From contig JAKMXF010000304.1 of assembly GCA_024704765.1 (NCBI GenBank), positions 102,847 through 166,846 on the forward strand: a stretch of 64,000 nt of DNA, read 5' to 3'. The position numbers and the translations under genes were made by a program. Below, piece after piece: positions 24,799-38,164 of this stretch. This DNA is from Oopsacas minuta (Eukaryota > Animalia > Porifera). The number at the start of each line of letters is the position of its first letter. Position 1 is the first letter of the stretch. The notes beneath the pieces are model-generated. The model ran no database searches. It was given only the letters and a program-made list of their open reading frames with translations, and was not told where the DNA came from.

Positions 24799-25853
24799 GT
24801 TGAATACGATAAGTATCTTCTCCACATATCGTTGCCAACTCGTCATGAATAGACTTTGGAGGGATTTCGAGAATGGTGCGAAATTTGATGTACGTTCGTT
24901 GTTCAAGTTCCGAAAAATTTGGACAAGAAGCCATGAAAAATGTAAAGGAGAAAATGTAGGTTTCTAAAAATAACTGAAACTTAGGAAATAATTAAGTGAT
25001 CAACTCTCTCTAAGTTTTGTTAGAAAGTTGAAATATGGTTCTATATAATTGCACTGAGAAATACTAGCTTAGAGCTACTATTTCATTAAAAATATACAGT
25101 GATTAGTATATATTGAATGCCTCTGTAGTATATGTAAGTATAATTGTGGCGATGTTACAGATTCATTTATCTATTTCCCCATTATGGCCATTTTGTCACA
25201 CTGTGTAATGTTTTAATCGTTGTTCGTGCCTGCACAGTGCAGTGGGTCCCAAGGCTGTATTAGGCAAATTTCTAACAGTTGATTAGTTTAATTTGACTCG
25301 TGAAGAAATTTAGACATTTGTTAAATAGACAAAATATCAAGTTTCATATCACTTTATTAAGTAATTCTCTAGTTATGTCACATCTAATGTAGGAAATAAT
25401 TGCCGAAGGAAATTGTTCTATAAATAGCGTAATAAAACGACATTAGTTATAGTTCAAATATTTACCAAGCGAATATCAGTATTCGGCATTCGGTTGGTCC
25501 AAAATGAGTATTATCAGTAGTATTCGGTTGATGTAACCGAATATTATCAGTATTCGGTCCAGCAGCTATTCATGAATACTGATATTCGGTTCGATCAGTT
25601 TCAACCTTGGACTGGCTTAATAAAGAGTAGCCACAAGAACCTTCTTAAATTTATGTTTTCGATAGTTTCCATTCAAAAAAGTACATCGTTTAACATATTT
25701 GTCACTAATAGCCATCATAGATGAATTGGCATATGCTCTGCCAATCTTACTGTACAACTTCCCTTCAATTCTTCAACCATTTATGATTTACCATTTTATC
25801 TACCTGTAAGCTTGTATTCAACTTTCTCGATTTTTGTTTCATTTTCCCTATTG

Positions 25854-26363
25854 ATGCATAATTTCAAGAAGCATAAAGCTTCGCAGAAATCAACAGCTAA
25901 GCGTCGTCATACTGATGCTGGTGAGCACGCTCTCTCTATTCTTATTGCTAAGAATGAGATGGACTCGTTATCAACCTTTTCTGATAATCGTCCACCTCAT
26001 CGATCCCCTGAACTGCAAACTGCTTACGATTCAAACCCTCATGCTGGTATATTTAAACGTATATTTAGGAGTAAATCATTGAAAAAAAACACTAATGTGA
26101 TTTTGTCTTCGAGATCTAACTCTACAATCCTCAAAGACTCACTGCCTTTGTTAAGATCTGATTCAAATAATTATGTTTCTGTCCAAGACTCTATTATTTA
26201 TTTAGTTTTCCAGAACTCTATTCGTGAAGTTTCTCTTCCATCTGTTCTGACATTTGACTGGATTACATCTAGTTTCAAATCTACATTCAACATGAATTTC
26301 TCAACTGACTTTGAATCCTCTTTTAATTTTAACATAAAGCATTCCAATGCTGACTCTTTTTCC
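25854..26363 (+). CDS. Host gene, probable first coding exon; SRCIN1/SKT/Bud6 (AIP3-domain)-like protein
   Basis: Open 170 codons from ATG, ending at a GTAAGT donor (26364, phase 0). IIYLVFQNSIREVSLPSVLTFDWITSSFKSTF resembles the SRCIN1/SKT segment VLYLQYGDETKQLRMPNEITSADTIRALFVSAF, recalled from memory. Confidence 0.6.
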
Positions 26364-28928
26364 GTAAGTCAGTCTCTCCTGTTGTAAATTTCTTCCTTAT
26401 ATTAATTTTCTAGTTAAAACCACTAACATGAGACTCTCACATTTCAAAATTTGAGTTATAGCATTTTATACACTAAAAAATGCTGGTCACTAAAACTTTT
26501 AGATTAGGGACTGGGTTGAATACTACGTTAAATAGATATGCGAATTCAATTAGTAGCGTCACCCTAGTTATATTTTCTCGTACTTTCCAATTTTCCCCAG
26601 ATTTAAGTTTCCATCCATCGATTGTAATTTCAGTCTATTCTTGTGGAAAGCGCGCAAAATTTTCTATATTTACCTTTATTCCAAATTCTTCCTGGATTTA
26701 TTATAACATCCCTGTAGTATCCAATTAACCCTAGTTGGTTCGAAAGTGTGAACATTTTTCGTTTTACCCTAATCAATGAATTATTGATATTTGATAATAC
26801 ACAGAGTCTTTATCTCAAAATATTTCCGGAACGAGATTTTCCACATCATTATTTCAAAGAAATGCTCCAATTTGGATTGCTCTATTGAGAGGATTATTTA
26901 TTAATTGTACAGACCTACAAATTATGAATTTTTCTTTGTTGATCGTGATTTAATTGCTTTTAGTCATGCTGATTCTGAATTTGGAGTCAATTTATTCCTT
27001 AACCTCAAAATGATGTGATTTTCAAATTGCAAAATTGCAAAATTACGAAAACATTCATTCTCGAGTATGATAGAATCATTAACAGCTTCATTGGATATTG
27101 TATCTACGAATTATTTGTTATCCATTAGAAACTAGATCAGCTCTGTATGTATATGTAAAATTGACCATTTTGCACGCCATTTGTACTGTTTCTTTTGTTT
27201 GTTTATGTGTAGTGCCCAATTTTCATATTATGATCAGTTTACTTACATACTGCTCATTTCAATATTTAATGTGACCCAATAAGGTTTTAATAACCGAATG
27301 CTACCGGGAAAATGTGTCATTTTATGACGTCACAAGGATACTGAAATCTTGATTTGGGTACGCGAATTGATTAGAACAAATTGGTAAACTTATCGGTTCC
27401 TTTTCGTTACAAATGTGACACTTCTGCGTAATTGTTTAAATCCTCTTAATATATTTATGATCACACACGTATACAAAATAGTTTTCCTAAATTGTTTCAA
27501 TTTTGCAATTTTGCATGTTTGTGCGGGATCAAATTGTTACGTTATGAAATACATTGGACATTAAATTCGTAATCAACACCCAGAAATTAGTATAAATCAG
27601 TTGTCTAAATCCGAACAACTAAATCAGTGTAGACCTGTGTTTATTTACTGGTACCAAATGTTGTTATTCAAAATTGTCATGCTAATATTCCCACCTTCCA
27701 CATTTATTGTAGGTATTCACCATTACTCGACAATCTTCAATGTTATGGCTAAATATTCTTAGAGACATAGTCTATTCCTAACTTCCCATACCCTGATAAT
27801 CGATTTTGATATGAAATCTCCAACAAATATTACGCAATCATCTATAATATTAGTCAGTATTGTATTTTTAAGCCTGCTTCATATTCACCAGAAATCGCAT
27901 AGTAAATAATATTTTTTTCAGGGTATATGTAGTTGGGTATTTGTCATATGTCTTTAAGATGATATGACCCTAATTCTGCGAGGCTATTTTTCTTACTATG
28001 TTTATGATTAGTTGTTTTTTGGTTAACTTTATGTTTATACTTTTTCATTAATTACATATGCACGTATGCTGCTAGGTTTTATAACAGCTCAATTGTCTTT
28101 AGATGGAAATTTGGCACAATTTGATAAACCGCTTTCTTTCATCCAAATCACTAACTGATAAATTTTTCTTCCAGTTATAGTGCAGTATGAAAGTTAATTA
28201 ATATACCGAAATAGCTTGGTCCCTGCGAAAAAGCAGTCGCTAGGCCCAACCCAAAGGTTCGTCAAATTTTGCCGCCCCTGATGATTGTCGCTTGTTTGAA
28301 CACTTTTAATCGTCCCAATACAGTGGTTACATAGAGATGCTTACTCCATAAATTTCTTCTTCAAAACATAGTTACTCGCCTATTCAATTAGCATTTTGTG
28401 AATTTTGCGAAATTTAAACTACAGAGAAGTATTATTATTCTAATTATCCTGTGTCATAGCCTAACTTCTGATAGGACAGGATATGCTCAATTGGTTAACC
28501 CTCAAATCTGATAAGTCAACACGTATGGCAAATTTCTCAGAGACTTTATGATATACCGCTTAAATATTGGAGAATCAAGCTAGATTAATCACATTTCTAG
28601 TTCTTTCCAAAACCTCAATTTTGAGTCACCATTCCCTAATACATTTATCATCTTCTAGTACATTTTGCCACCTTTTCTCGGAGATGAATTTTCCTAATAT
28701 TTATATTTCATCAAAGCAGATCCTAATTGGTTGCCAAAAGTGGTGAACATAACTCAAATTGAATATAACCAGTATTTTATTGTCAATAGGTGGGAAATTG
28801 AAACAGGGAATTGGACGTACATTGCGTTATTTTATATTTACTATATTACCTTATTTCACTATGTTACTTGACCTCTTTTAAGCTATGTATATCAATATTT
28901 TCCCATCATATATTTTCTAACCACACCT

Positions 28929-30151
28929 CAGAGTGCAACTGGGTCATTGACCAATGGGTCAAATGGGTCATGGTTTATGGTTTATGACCCCTCAATAAAT
29001 ATTCATATACTATCTTTTGGACAATATACAGTCAGGGGACAAAAGTATTCGAACACACAAATATATTGTCATATATTGTGTACTCTTTCCCGCTCCTATA
29101 TAGTGTGTAGCCTATATTCGTAGCTGCTATCTAGTAATTTGCATAGAATAACATATGTTTTTCACGAATTTCAAAAAAATATTTTCGATTTACACTTTTT
29201 GAAGGTGTTAATTATGAATAATTATTAGATAATTATTGATATTCAAAATGTATGGTAATTCAAAGCCTATTAAGAATCTATAATTTCTGACTTGATATTT
29301 GAATTCTACGTAGGCGAGTTACCCCAGATTGAAATTTCCAATCGGATTGAACAATTTTTACCAGAGTTATAGAAGAATTTCAATTTGTCCCACTTGTGCC
29401 ACTACAAGGAAATCAACTAGGGTTAGGAGGAATAAGTCGAAGTAATATTTTCGAATGATATGACTATGCTAACCCTTGAATTCCAGAATAGCCTCTTGGT
29501 AGCGACCACTTGTGCCACCTTGGGCAAAAGATGGCACAAACGGCACAAATTGAAATTCATCTATAACTCTGGTAAAAATTATTCAATCCTATTGGAAATT
29601 TCAATCTGGGGTAACTCGCCTACGTAGAATTCAAATATCAAGTCAGAAATTATAGATTCTTAATAGGCTTTGAATTACCATACATTTTGAATATCAATAA
29701 TTATCTAATAATTATTCATAATTAACACCTTCAAAAAGTGTAAATCGAAAATATTTTTTGAAATTCTTGAAAAACATATGTTATTCTATGCAAATTACTA
29801 GACAGCAGCTACGAATATAGACTACACAATATATAGGAGCGGGAAAGAGTATACAATATATGATGATATATTTGTGTGTTCGAATACTTTTGTCCCCTGA
29901 CTGTACTTATTTTGCTTAATCAAAGTTAAAGAATATATCCAAATGTATCTTAGTGGAGGGTCTTAATGTCACTTAACTCAAATTTCCAGGAAAGTGTGGT
30001 CTTCCCTGTGACACACTTTCCCAATACGTTAGAATAGAGATTTCACGCAACAAAACACTCCCTAGGTAACGTTTATATAGTTTAGGAGTTTTATGATGGG
30101 CACATGTGACTTGGCTCATGGGTCACGTCGATTTACCTATTTGCAACTCTG
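28929..30151. mobile_element. hAT-type MITE containing a Tc1 fold-back element
   Basis: Perfect 8-bp TSD CCACACCT (28921-28928 and 30152-30159); TIRs CAGAGTGCAA / CAGAGTTGCAA. Confidence 0.88.
29029..29903. mobile_element. Tc1-type fold-back MITE, copy 1
   Basis: TA TSD; TIR CAGTCAGGGGACAAAAGTATTCGAACAC; near-identical arms of about 370 bp. Confidence 0.92.
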
Positions 30152-30680
30152 CCACACCTGTCTAATTCAATGAATATTGACCTCATCAATTATCGAATTG
30201 ATTCTACCACAAATTCAATCGAAATGGACGAATTCAGATACCATTTTGGAATTCTTCGCCTCTGAATTAGCCTGTATCAATTCCAAAAAATCTTTAGAAC
30301 AAACATTATTGATTTATTAATATTTAAAATGTTTATGCCACATATGCCCTCAGTAGCACAAATCAAAATATAAGCGCCACATCAAGTAGTGATTAATGTT
30401 GCGAAATTTACTGTATCCTCAGCCACGCAAATACTTAAGACTCCGTTTAGATATGTTTTAAACTAAAACCAGATACTATTCCTGTCGTCCCAATATTCTA
30501 TTGATGTTTCACTTACGTACATATGTTCAAATGTGACACAAAAATGTATCTGTGAATATGTCTGCTACTTTGGTCCTTAACATTTCTGACTAATTTATCC
30601 CAAGGTATGTCAGTAGGCAATGAATTGGACAATCTTGATTTATTTTTGTGCTATATACAATTTGATAAGTAATTATATCA

Positions 30681-30830
30681 TCTATACTATTAAAATGCAA
30701 TTAATCTGTATGTATACTACCACGCTTCACTTGCTAGGTATCTGCGCGACAGCTCAGGGCCTCAGGTGGGCTTAATTATTAAATAACTACATTTCTTGAT
30801 GCTTTTGGTCACTACACGACGACATATACA
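30681..30830 (+). repeat. Dispersed repeat with a Helitron-like 5' end; related copies at ~195-310 and ~49245-49340
   Basis: A|TCTATACTATTAAAATGC start; shared TTGCTAGGT..CTGC..ACAG and TTTCTTGATG motifs. Confidence 0.5.
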
Positions 30831-31129
30831 CGGGATTTCGTGCATCTGGATTGCATTTTTGTGGTAATTTTGTATTTTCCATTGTCCATCAAAATTCGAT
30901 TTAATGGCCTTCTGTGTTATTATTTGTACAATTATGATGAGTTAGCTTTGGTAAGAATCATGTTGTGAGTACATTTGGTACATTTGGTAACGAAACTTCG
31001 TCTCAGGAAATTTCGCATCTGGAAATTTAGTCTCGGAAGTTTTGTCTCTTGGAATTTTTGTTTATTGTTTAATTTCGTTTAATCTCTAGTATATTGCAAG
31101 TTTTGATTAGTACAAGTATGTGTTTAATA

Positions 31130-32471
31130 CAGGGTGTCCCATAATTATTGTCCTATTGTGTAAATGACTATAACATTCAAATATCATTAATTAGATATAT
31201 TATTACTTTCCTATATATCCACCCTTTAGTAATATATATTTTTCAATTCTTTTTGGCATGCCTTCTATTAACTTTTCCAAAGTATTCGGGCATATCTCCG
31301 ACCATCCGTATTTTAGCATATTTTTAAACTCCTCCAATCCTGGAGCAGGTGTCTTCCTATCAAGTTGATCCTGGAGTATTCCCCATACATTTTCTATTGG
31401 ACTTAGGTCTGGGGAATTCGTCGGCCATTCGCCCTTCCCCCAAAAATATTTTAGATTCTCCTTACACCAATCTTGGGTTCTCTTGGCTGAATGTGCAGGA
31501 GCTCCGTCTTGTTGGAAAATATATTTTGACATGTTTGGTAACATTTTCCTAGTTAGTAAATCGCCCTTCTTAGGTTTTCTGTTAAGTGCATTTAGGCAAG
31601 CATTTTCTAGAATTTCTTTAAGATAATAATCTGCACTCACAGTTTGTTTTGGAGGTAAAAAGTGAAGGTCAGACAAAGCCTGGAAGCTCATCATCCCCCA
31701 AACTATAACCCGTGGGGAATATTTGACGATTTCAATATTTTGAACCTTGAGCTTACTATGTGCCCAGATCCTGTCATTATGTCGGTTTGATGGATGAAAT
31801 ACCTCAAACGGCGATTCATCTGACCACATGACTCGTTTCCAATCATTCACTGTCCAAACTCTTTCTCCAGGCAAAAATTTAATCGTCTTTCTTTTTGTTT
31901 TTCGGTCAATTTTGGAGATTTAGTCCTCTTATAGGCCCAAGCTCCCAAATCCTGCTTCAAATATCTATGGACAGTGTTTTAGAGACAGGAGTACCGATTC
32001 TTGTAAGTTTACACGCCAATACCCTGATTGATTTATACCTTTTCTCTAAAGATTTAGAGATTACTATCTTTGATATCCTGTTTAGCTTTTTGAGCGGTCC
32101 TGCACCCTTTTTGTGCTGAAGGCTCTCATTTCGTTTGTGTTTAGCCCACCAGCGTCTAATGGTCCTAATATCTTTTCCAAATATTTCAGCTACAGTCTTT
32201 TAGGAAAAACCTTCCGATAACTTGATAAGAGCTTGATTTCGAGTCTCAAATTTTGCTAACTGGACATCCATACCTTGTTAGATTGTTGTTACTGATATAG
32301 AAAATATACTACTTTGATTAGTACATAAGGAAAGTCGTTGTATCAAGTTAACTAACTAAATAAGGTTGGTCAATAAATTTATGAAAGAAAACTAGACATT
32401 TGTACGATATTTTAGAAATATTGATGAAATGAAACTAAATGCTGATAGGGCGATAATTATGAGACACCCTG
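31130..32471 (-). mobile_element. Tc1-like element (DD37E spacing), full length
   Basis: TIR CAGGGTGTC(C/T)CATAATTAT, TA TSD, 1342 bp. Confidence 0.92.
31203..32267 (-). pseudogene. IS630-Tc1-mariner transposase, DD37E
   Basis: WSDES; 37 residues between the D of FQQDGAPAH and the E of SPDLSPIEN. One stop and at least one frameshift in the N-terminal half. Confidence 0.88.
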
Positions 32472-34329
32472 TATATGAATAATTGAATAAATGTATGGCA
32501 TAGATGAAGATATAATGAAAGTCAAAGTTGTGTCCTATTCCATAAATAGGTAATGGTACCCCGATTTGCGTAGTCTGAAACTAATGTTCGGATACGTTCA
32601 TTACGTTTCATTGATTTTACTGACTAATTTCCTCTGGTCAGCCTCCCACTTCACTAATGTTGCTTCCTGAATGGACTGCTTTCACAACGTCTTGGCCCGT
32701 AACAAATGCAAAGTAAGATCTTTACACTCAAACCAAATTCAATATCTGACTGGTACCGCCCTGTTAATCCTTCAGATTGTATCTTTCAGTATATATTTTG
32801 GGAAAGGTGAAAGAATCATCCTGAAATTACGACGATGAAATGTTCATCATAAGCATTTATTGCCGCCTTTCAAAGTCGACCATAATATTCGTAGAACTCA
32901 AGCCAGGGGAATATTTCGAGAAGTTTTCGAAGATGCATACTATAAGTGCATTCTCTTTATCTGGGAGGAGGGCATATACACAGAGATAAACAGCCATCCT
33001 TCTCAGCATGTATCGTGTACAATTGAATAAGTATTCAGAAACTCCTTTGAATGTCCCATCAGCGTACCATGTGTTGGATTTTTCGAGAAGTGAGAGAAAT
33101 TTGCGTGTGGAAAAACTGATCATTCGTTTATTGTCCCCATATCTGGAATCATATAGCAAAAAAGATTCTGTTTAAGGGAAATTCGTATTTGGGGGGATCA
33201 AAATTTCGGCAGCACATGTTGGGTTACTACAACTTGAGAAACTTTCTTGTAATATTCCGGATAACGTATAACAAAGTCCAAGTTGAAGAGCTTCGCTATG
33301 CTTGATGAAGGCATTTGTTCAATCCCAATAGATAATATTGCTCTAGAGCTCTCTTCTGAATTGATAGCTCGTTGTATACATAATTATACCCTTTGAGCAT
33401 CACAATACGTCTGGGATCTGATCCATGAGTATGACCATCTTCAATTCATGAATATGTGTTGGTTTTATCACTAGATTATCTCTTGTGTGGATCCGGGCTT
33501 TGCAAACTCCTCGTTTTTTTCATGTCCAGTGCTTAATATCATCCCCTGACCAAACCTAAGTATTTGCAAATCCTCAGATAGCAGCTTTATCTTTTCCCCG
33601 AGTACTCTTGAGCAATTCAATTGATAGAACTTCAGCCATATTCTAGTACGTTATGTTTGAGTTAAAGAAGTAAAATAATTAAGATGCTAATGATCTCGAA
33701 TTATTTGCACGATAGGTTGTGGGTTAGTTTGTATATTTTAATCAAGATTGTGCGACTAGATTTAAAAAAATCAAAAATATTTCAAATGCAACACCTATAT
33801 GATTGTTATCTTAAGAAATATATGATGCTCGTGAAGAATATCATTTATCTTTACTTAAATAGAAACATTTTGATACGAAAATTCCGGTACGGAAATTTCC
33901 GGATACGATATTCCATTTTGGACGAAAATTTCGCCATTCGATACATTGAGGGATACCTATCGCTCAATTTATTTAATAGGTGTCAATGACATTATAATTT
34001 CGTCATGGCTGTGATTTTCTGTCCAAGACTCGAACTTGCCGAACCCAGGCCAGTACACCTGCATTTCAAAAACCTTGGGGTCATTCAATTTCTTCAATCA
34101 ATTCTGGGCACACAAACATATATATATATATACAGATTATTGCATTTTAATAGTGTGGATTAGGGGTTCTCTATCTATTTTCATGTAGGGTCTCCCTGCT
34201 GAACTCTTATCTATCCATGGCCTTCATAACTGTATATTCTGTAAGTATCCTTAATTAAGGCATTTGGAAGAAATATTTGATATAAACGTAATCTTTGAAT
34301 AGATATAGAAGGTCAATGGGATATATGAG

Positions 34330-35220
34330 GTTGATGCATGCTCGCCAGCTTCTCTATATCTGGTTGAATATTTGATAGCAATAATCTTAGATCACCTCTT
34401 TCTTCAATATCCAGGCGATTATGGCTTTTTATTAGCAATTGATTAACACGACTGAAACCAGATTGAACAAGATTTGAAGTTGGAAGGCCGTAGGAAGAGT
34501 TTTGCTTTCACCCAGAGTAATGGATAATTTGCTGGCATCTCAATACTCAACCAGAGGTTATGAAGTCTTTGTCTGGATCGTACTATTGCTTCATAGTCGG
34601 ATTGTAAATCTATCAGGGCTTCTTGAAGCGAAACATCAATATTTTTCATCTGGAGTGAAAACTGGCCAATTATCCTATCAGGAATCTCCATTTGTATTAA
34701 ATCATGAAATCTTACCAGCATTTCCTCGCTCAGCTGTTTCAGATGCCAAATATACACCTCCAGGTCATTGTCAGAGATGTTGTTACTTACTTTACTCAAC
34801 ATTGGGAATTGTGATGACTCATGGCGACCAATATTACTTCGAAAAATGTGAAGTTTGTCTACAAAAGCATTAATGACCCCTTTTGCAAGTTTTAAGTCAG
34901 AATTTTGTCCCTGTAGCTCTCGGTTTATTGAGTACAGCTTTTCAAAAATGTCTGTTAAGTAAAAACAATCATTTTTCGTGGGTGTAACAGCTTGACCCAA
35001 CTCTTTGCCAGTGAGAAACTCTTGAATACTATCCCATAATTCAGCAAAGCGACGAAGGCAATTGCCTTTTGACAGCCAACGACCTTCCATATGTAAGAGA
35101 AGGCGTTCGAATTCCTCGTGATTTTCATTACAAAGTTGACGGAAAAGGCGCGTTTGGAGGGCATTTGATCTAATGATATTGATAGCCTTGATAAGGATGT
35201 TAATCGAAATGTTTAGGCGG
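34330..35220 (-). pseudogene. hAT (Buster/Charlie, ZBED5/SCAND3-like) transposase, 3' fragment
   Basis: LLLHMEGRWLSKGNCL and YLTDIFEKL..LQG motifs; C-terminal PTSNLVQSGFS..RL...GDLRL after a frameshift. Confidence 0.85.
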
Positions 35221-38164
35221 CCCCGCCAATTTTTTTGACACCAAGTGTTGTCGGTAGACGACACAATGAATGCAAAATATAGAAGGGAATTCTAATTTCA
35301 AATAAACTATAAAGCCACGATAGCGACCTACCTTAGAAGCATAAAATATACGAAATCCTGCATCCCTGCCAGAGGCGATGGCAAGATTGTCCCCGTGGTA
35401 CGGGCACCACCGAAAATTCCTTCACACCACCTCGGTTGCTGAGCATCATCTGAATTTGTCTAGACTAATGTAGCCTGAAATTTGAACAATGATACTTTGT
35501 ATTTAATCAATATATTTTTATGTGGTTTCATGTAGTTATGTTTAGACTTAGGGCAATCTGTAAATAATTCATCTCTTTCTTGAGTTACTTGACAAATAAT
35601 TCCTTGATAGCTCAATACAATTCAACACTGCTCTCTCCACCCGAGCACTACCGCAAACAAAGCCCTGGCAACAGTACTGACCCATAGTTAAATATCCAAT
35701 TAGCAATTAGGAGGACCATTTCTGTCATAAAACATATTCTCAGTTTATTATTGCTTTGTTACGGACCTGGTGGATTTCTGAGTTTTCTTTAATTTCCATT
35801 TTCCTGACTGTTTATTCCATTTTACATACATTCCAAGTGAGCAACCGCGTGCTGGCTGCCAGCGATTGTACTCAAAACTTTACAATATTCTCTTAATTAT
35901 TATTATGTGTTGTTATTTATTTTACTCTATTACTCATAGGGATAGTAATTTTTCATCTACACTCTTGTATAATTACCATTTTTCGAAATTGTCTATCTTT
36001 TACAATACATCCTGATGACAAGCATTTGTATTATCATACCAGGTTTGGGGATGCACTTCATCACAGTGTATGTAAATATTGTTACACATAATATTTCACT
36101 GATTTATTTTTTATTTTTAGCCATTGGTTGAACTTAATCAGATTTGTCACAAGTCTATCATCTCGTTATGTATAAAGAAAGATTTCAGTTTTCCTCCAAA
36201 TTCTAATGCCGGGACTACTATCTTGTCTTCTACTCCGGCAAGTTCTAATTTTCTTTTTTATTTTACACATTTTTTGAATATTTACTGTTATATCGATATT
36301 ATTGGATTCCGCTGTGATATATTTTCGAATGCCTGGATGTTTGGTGTACTTACTAATGAATGTTTTACTAAATCTACATGTATTTCTCCCAAAGTACCAT
36401 TCATACAATCTGAATCATTTGGCTAACTGTTATACCCAGTAGATATGCCTGGCTAATTTAACCAAACTTATTTTTATTGTGTATGTACAATAGATTGAGT
36501 TTAGATTCAAAATTGTCCCAAAATATCCTAAATATTGTATAATGTGTACTTATTGGTCATCTATTATTTCCATAATAGATTTTTGTGCATACTATCTTTG
36601 TGAGCCATTTATATGCTAGGGTAGATGTTGACACTGGGAACATGTTTATATCTACCGCTTAACATGATAACATCATCTTCTGCCGTTGATGTTGACACTA
36701 CACTGTTAACAACATTTTTGTTTATCTTATTTTCTTTCCTTTAATGAATTTGTTAAATGTTATTTATTCGGTCAATATTTTTCAATTTTCCGAGTTAGCA
36801 ATTTATATATAATTTATAGCATATTTGACCATTATAATATGTATTTACTACTATATTCCTGATTCCTTTTTAGCTATATCCCTAAATTATCACTTGATTT
36901 AAGTTGATTCTAATTGACTTTTTATTGGGATCTGATTTCATGTGGCACTTTATTGGTTTAGTTTGTCATAAATTTCATTTCATCTAGTAGTTTTTGAAGC
37001 ATTTTTGTATCTAATGGTTTCAAATACCCTTATCTGAAGTTCTTGTATATTATCTCTCTAATTTCGTTTGGCTATGTACTTGGTTGTTAAATTTGTCCTA
37101 AATAAGTGAACATATGATCACCATGGGCTAAATATACCTTTCTAAATCAATTATGAAGTGATCCTAATTTCGTAGCAATCCACCGTAACAATTTTATGAT
37201 TTAGAATATTCTTTACTATAGAGATATTCCAATCATTGCGCGATTGAGCCACAAATATAACGGTAAGGTGGCCCATAAAATCAAGAGATTGAGTCTCATC
37301 AATTCAGAGTATCAGTCATCACCTGGATAAATAGTTTGTATACCACTGGGCGAAGAAAATCGCATTAATTATAATCCTAAATTGTTGATTGTTTATTGAT
37401 CGTTCAACAATATGTATTAAGGCCGTATTCAATCATAATGTGAATACATTCCCTTCTATAGTATTATAAGACCTAGTTCATATGAAAGAAACATATGATA
37501 ATCAGATTTAATTCTTTGAAATATTATTTTTTAAAACTTTCATGTTGAATTGTTTGAAAGTTAGTATCACCAAGTAGCATAAGTATATTATTAAAAATTT
37601 CGAATATGTTTATAAAATAACTTAAGATTATTTTTTGTTAATAGTTGATAGATTTAAAAATTTGTGATATTTTTACATTCAATATAATTAGTAGTAAATA
37701 GAATCCTTGAAAGAATGAGATAAACAGAACTTCGATCATAATTTGTTACCACGGTTCTCGCCAGGGTTTGTTGTTGTATGGGTGCATGACAGTGAGACAT
37801 GACGAAAAGTAACAGATAACACCATCTTCTATTGGTATTATCTATGTTACTTTTAAAATACTAATGTAATGAGTCCACTAGCTTTTACTGCACTATTATT
37901 TGCTAAATAGCGCGATGCCACCTAAAACAAAGTTGAAAGTTACTGATGACCTGCAAAAGCTTAGCTTAAGTCTAAAACTGATTTCACCTGTCCCGGTCAC
38001 TAATATGAGCTCTACCGCAACAGCACAGTGGGTTATTCGTTTCCAGTAGGGAAATTTTATATTTATATTTTCCCAATTTATATATTGATAATAATTAGAA
38101 ATATGTAGGTGTATCCACATCTACAATTGCTTTTTATCTGAATCAAGTTACATGAGTGTTGTAC

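Larger units (their letters stand above)
12803..25205 (+). mobile_element. Transib/RAG1-like element A (outer element of the nest)
   Basis: Left end CACAGTG-N10-GGCAAATAG at 12803; right end (rc) CACAGTG-N19-GGGAAATAG ending at 25205. Flanks TAATA/TAATG (4/5 TSD). Pairing of the two ends spans an N gap, so it is inferred. Confidence 0.7.
30990..33930 (-). mobile_element. Degenerate MULE element 2, interrupted by a Tc1
   Basis: Imperfect inverted termini rich in GGAAATTT repeats (30990-31050 vs 33870-33935). FLYWCH remnant (GVCKARIH) near 33490; WYADGTFK and IMVDFE at 32857-33159. Confidence 0.7.

Noticed and set aside
25233-25275. CACAGTGCAGTGG as a further RAG1-like end
   Set aside because: It matches a CAGTGCAGTGG..TAGGCAAA end also seen reversed at ~10700-10733, which lacks the CAC start. 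No partner end or TSD was found, so it is left unassigned.
25466-25600. Short interspersed CCGAATA/TATTCGG repeats resembling a CRISPR-like array
   Set aside because: Irregular spacing and mixed orientation, typical of MITE subterminal motifs; eukaryotic context with no cas genes.
35830-36750. Coding-like minus-strand stretch
   Set aside because: Multiple stops and no motif I can assign to a family.
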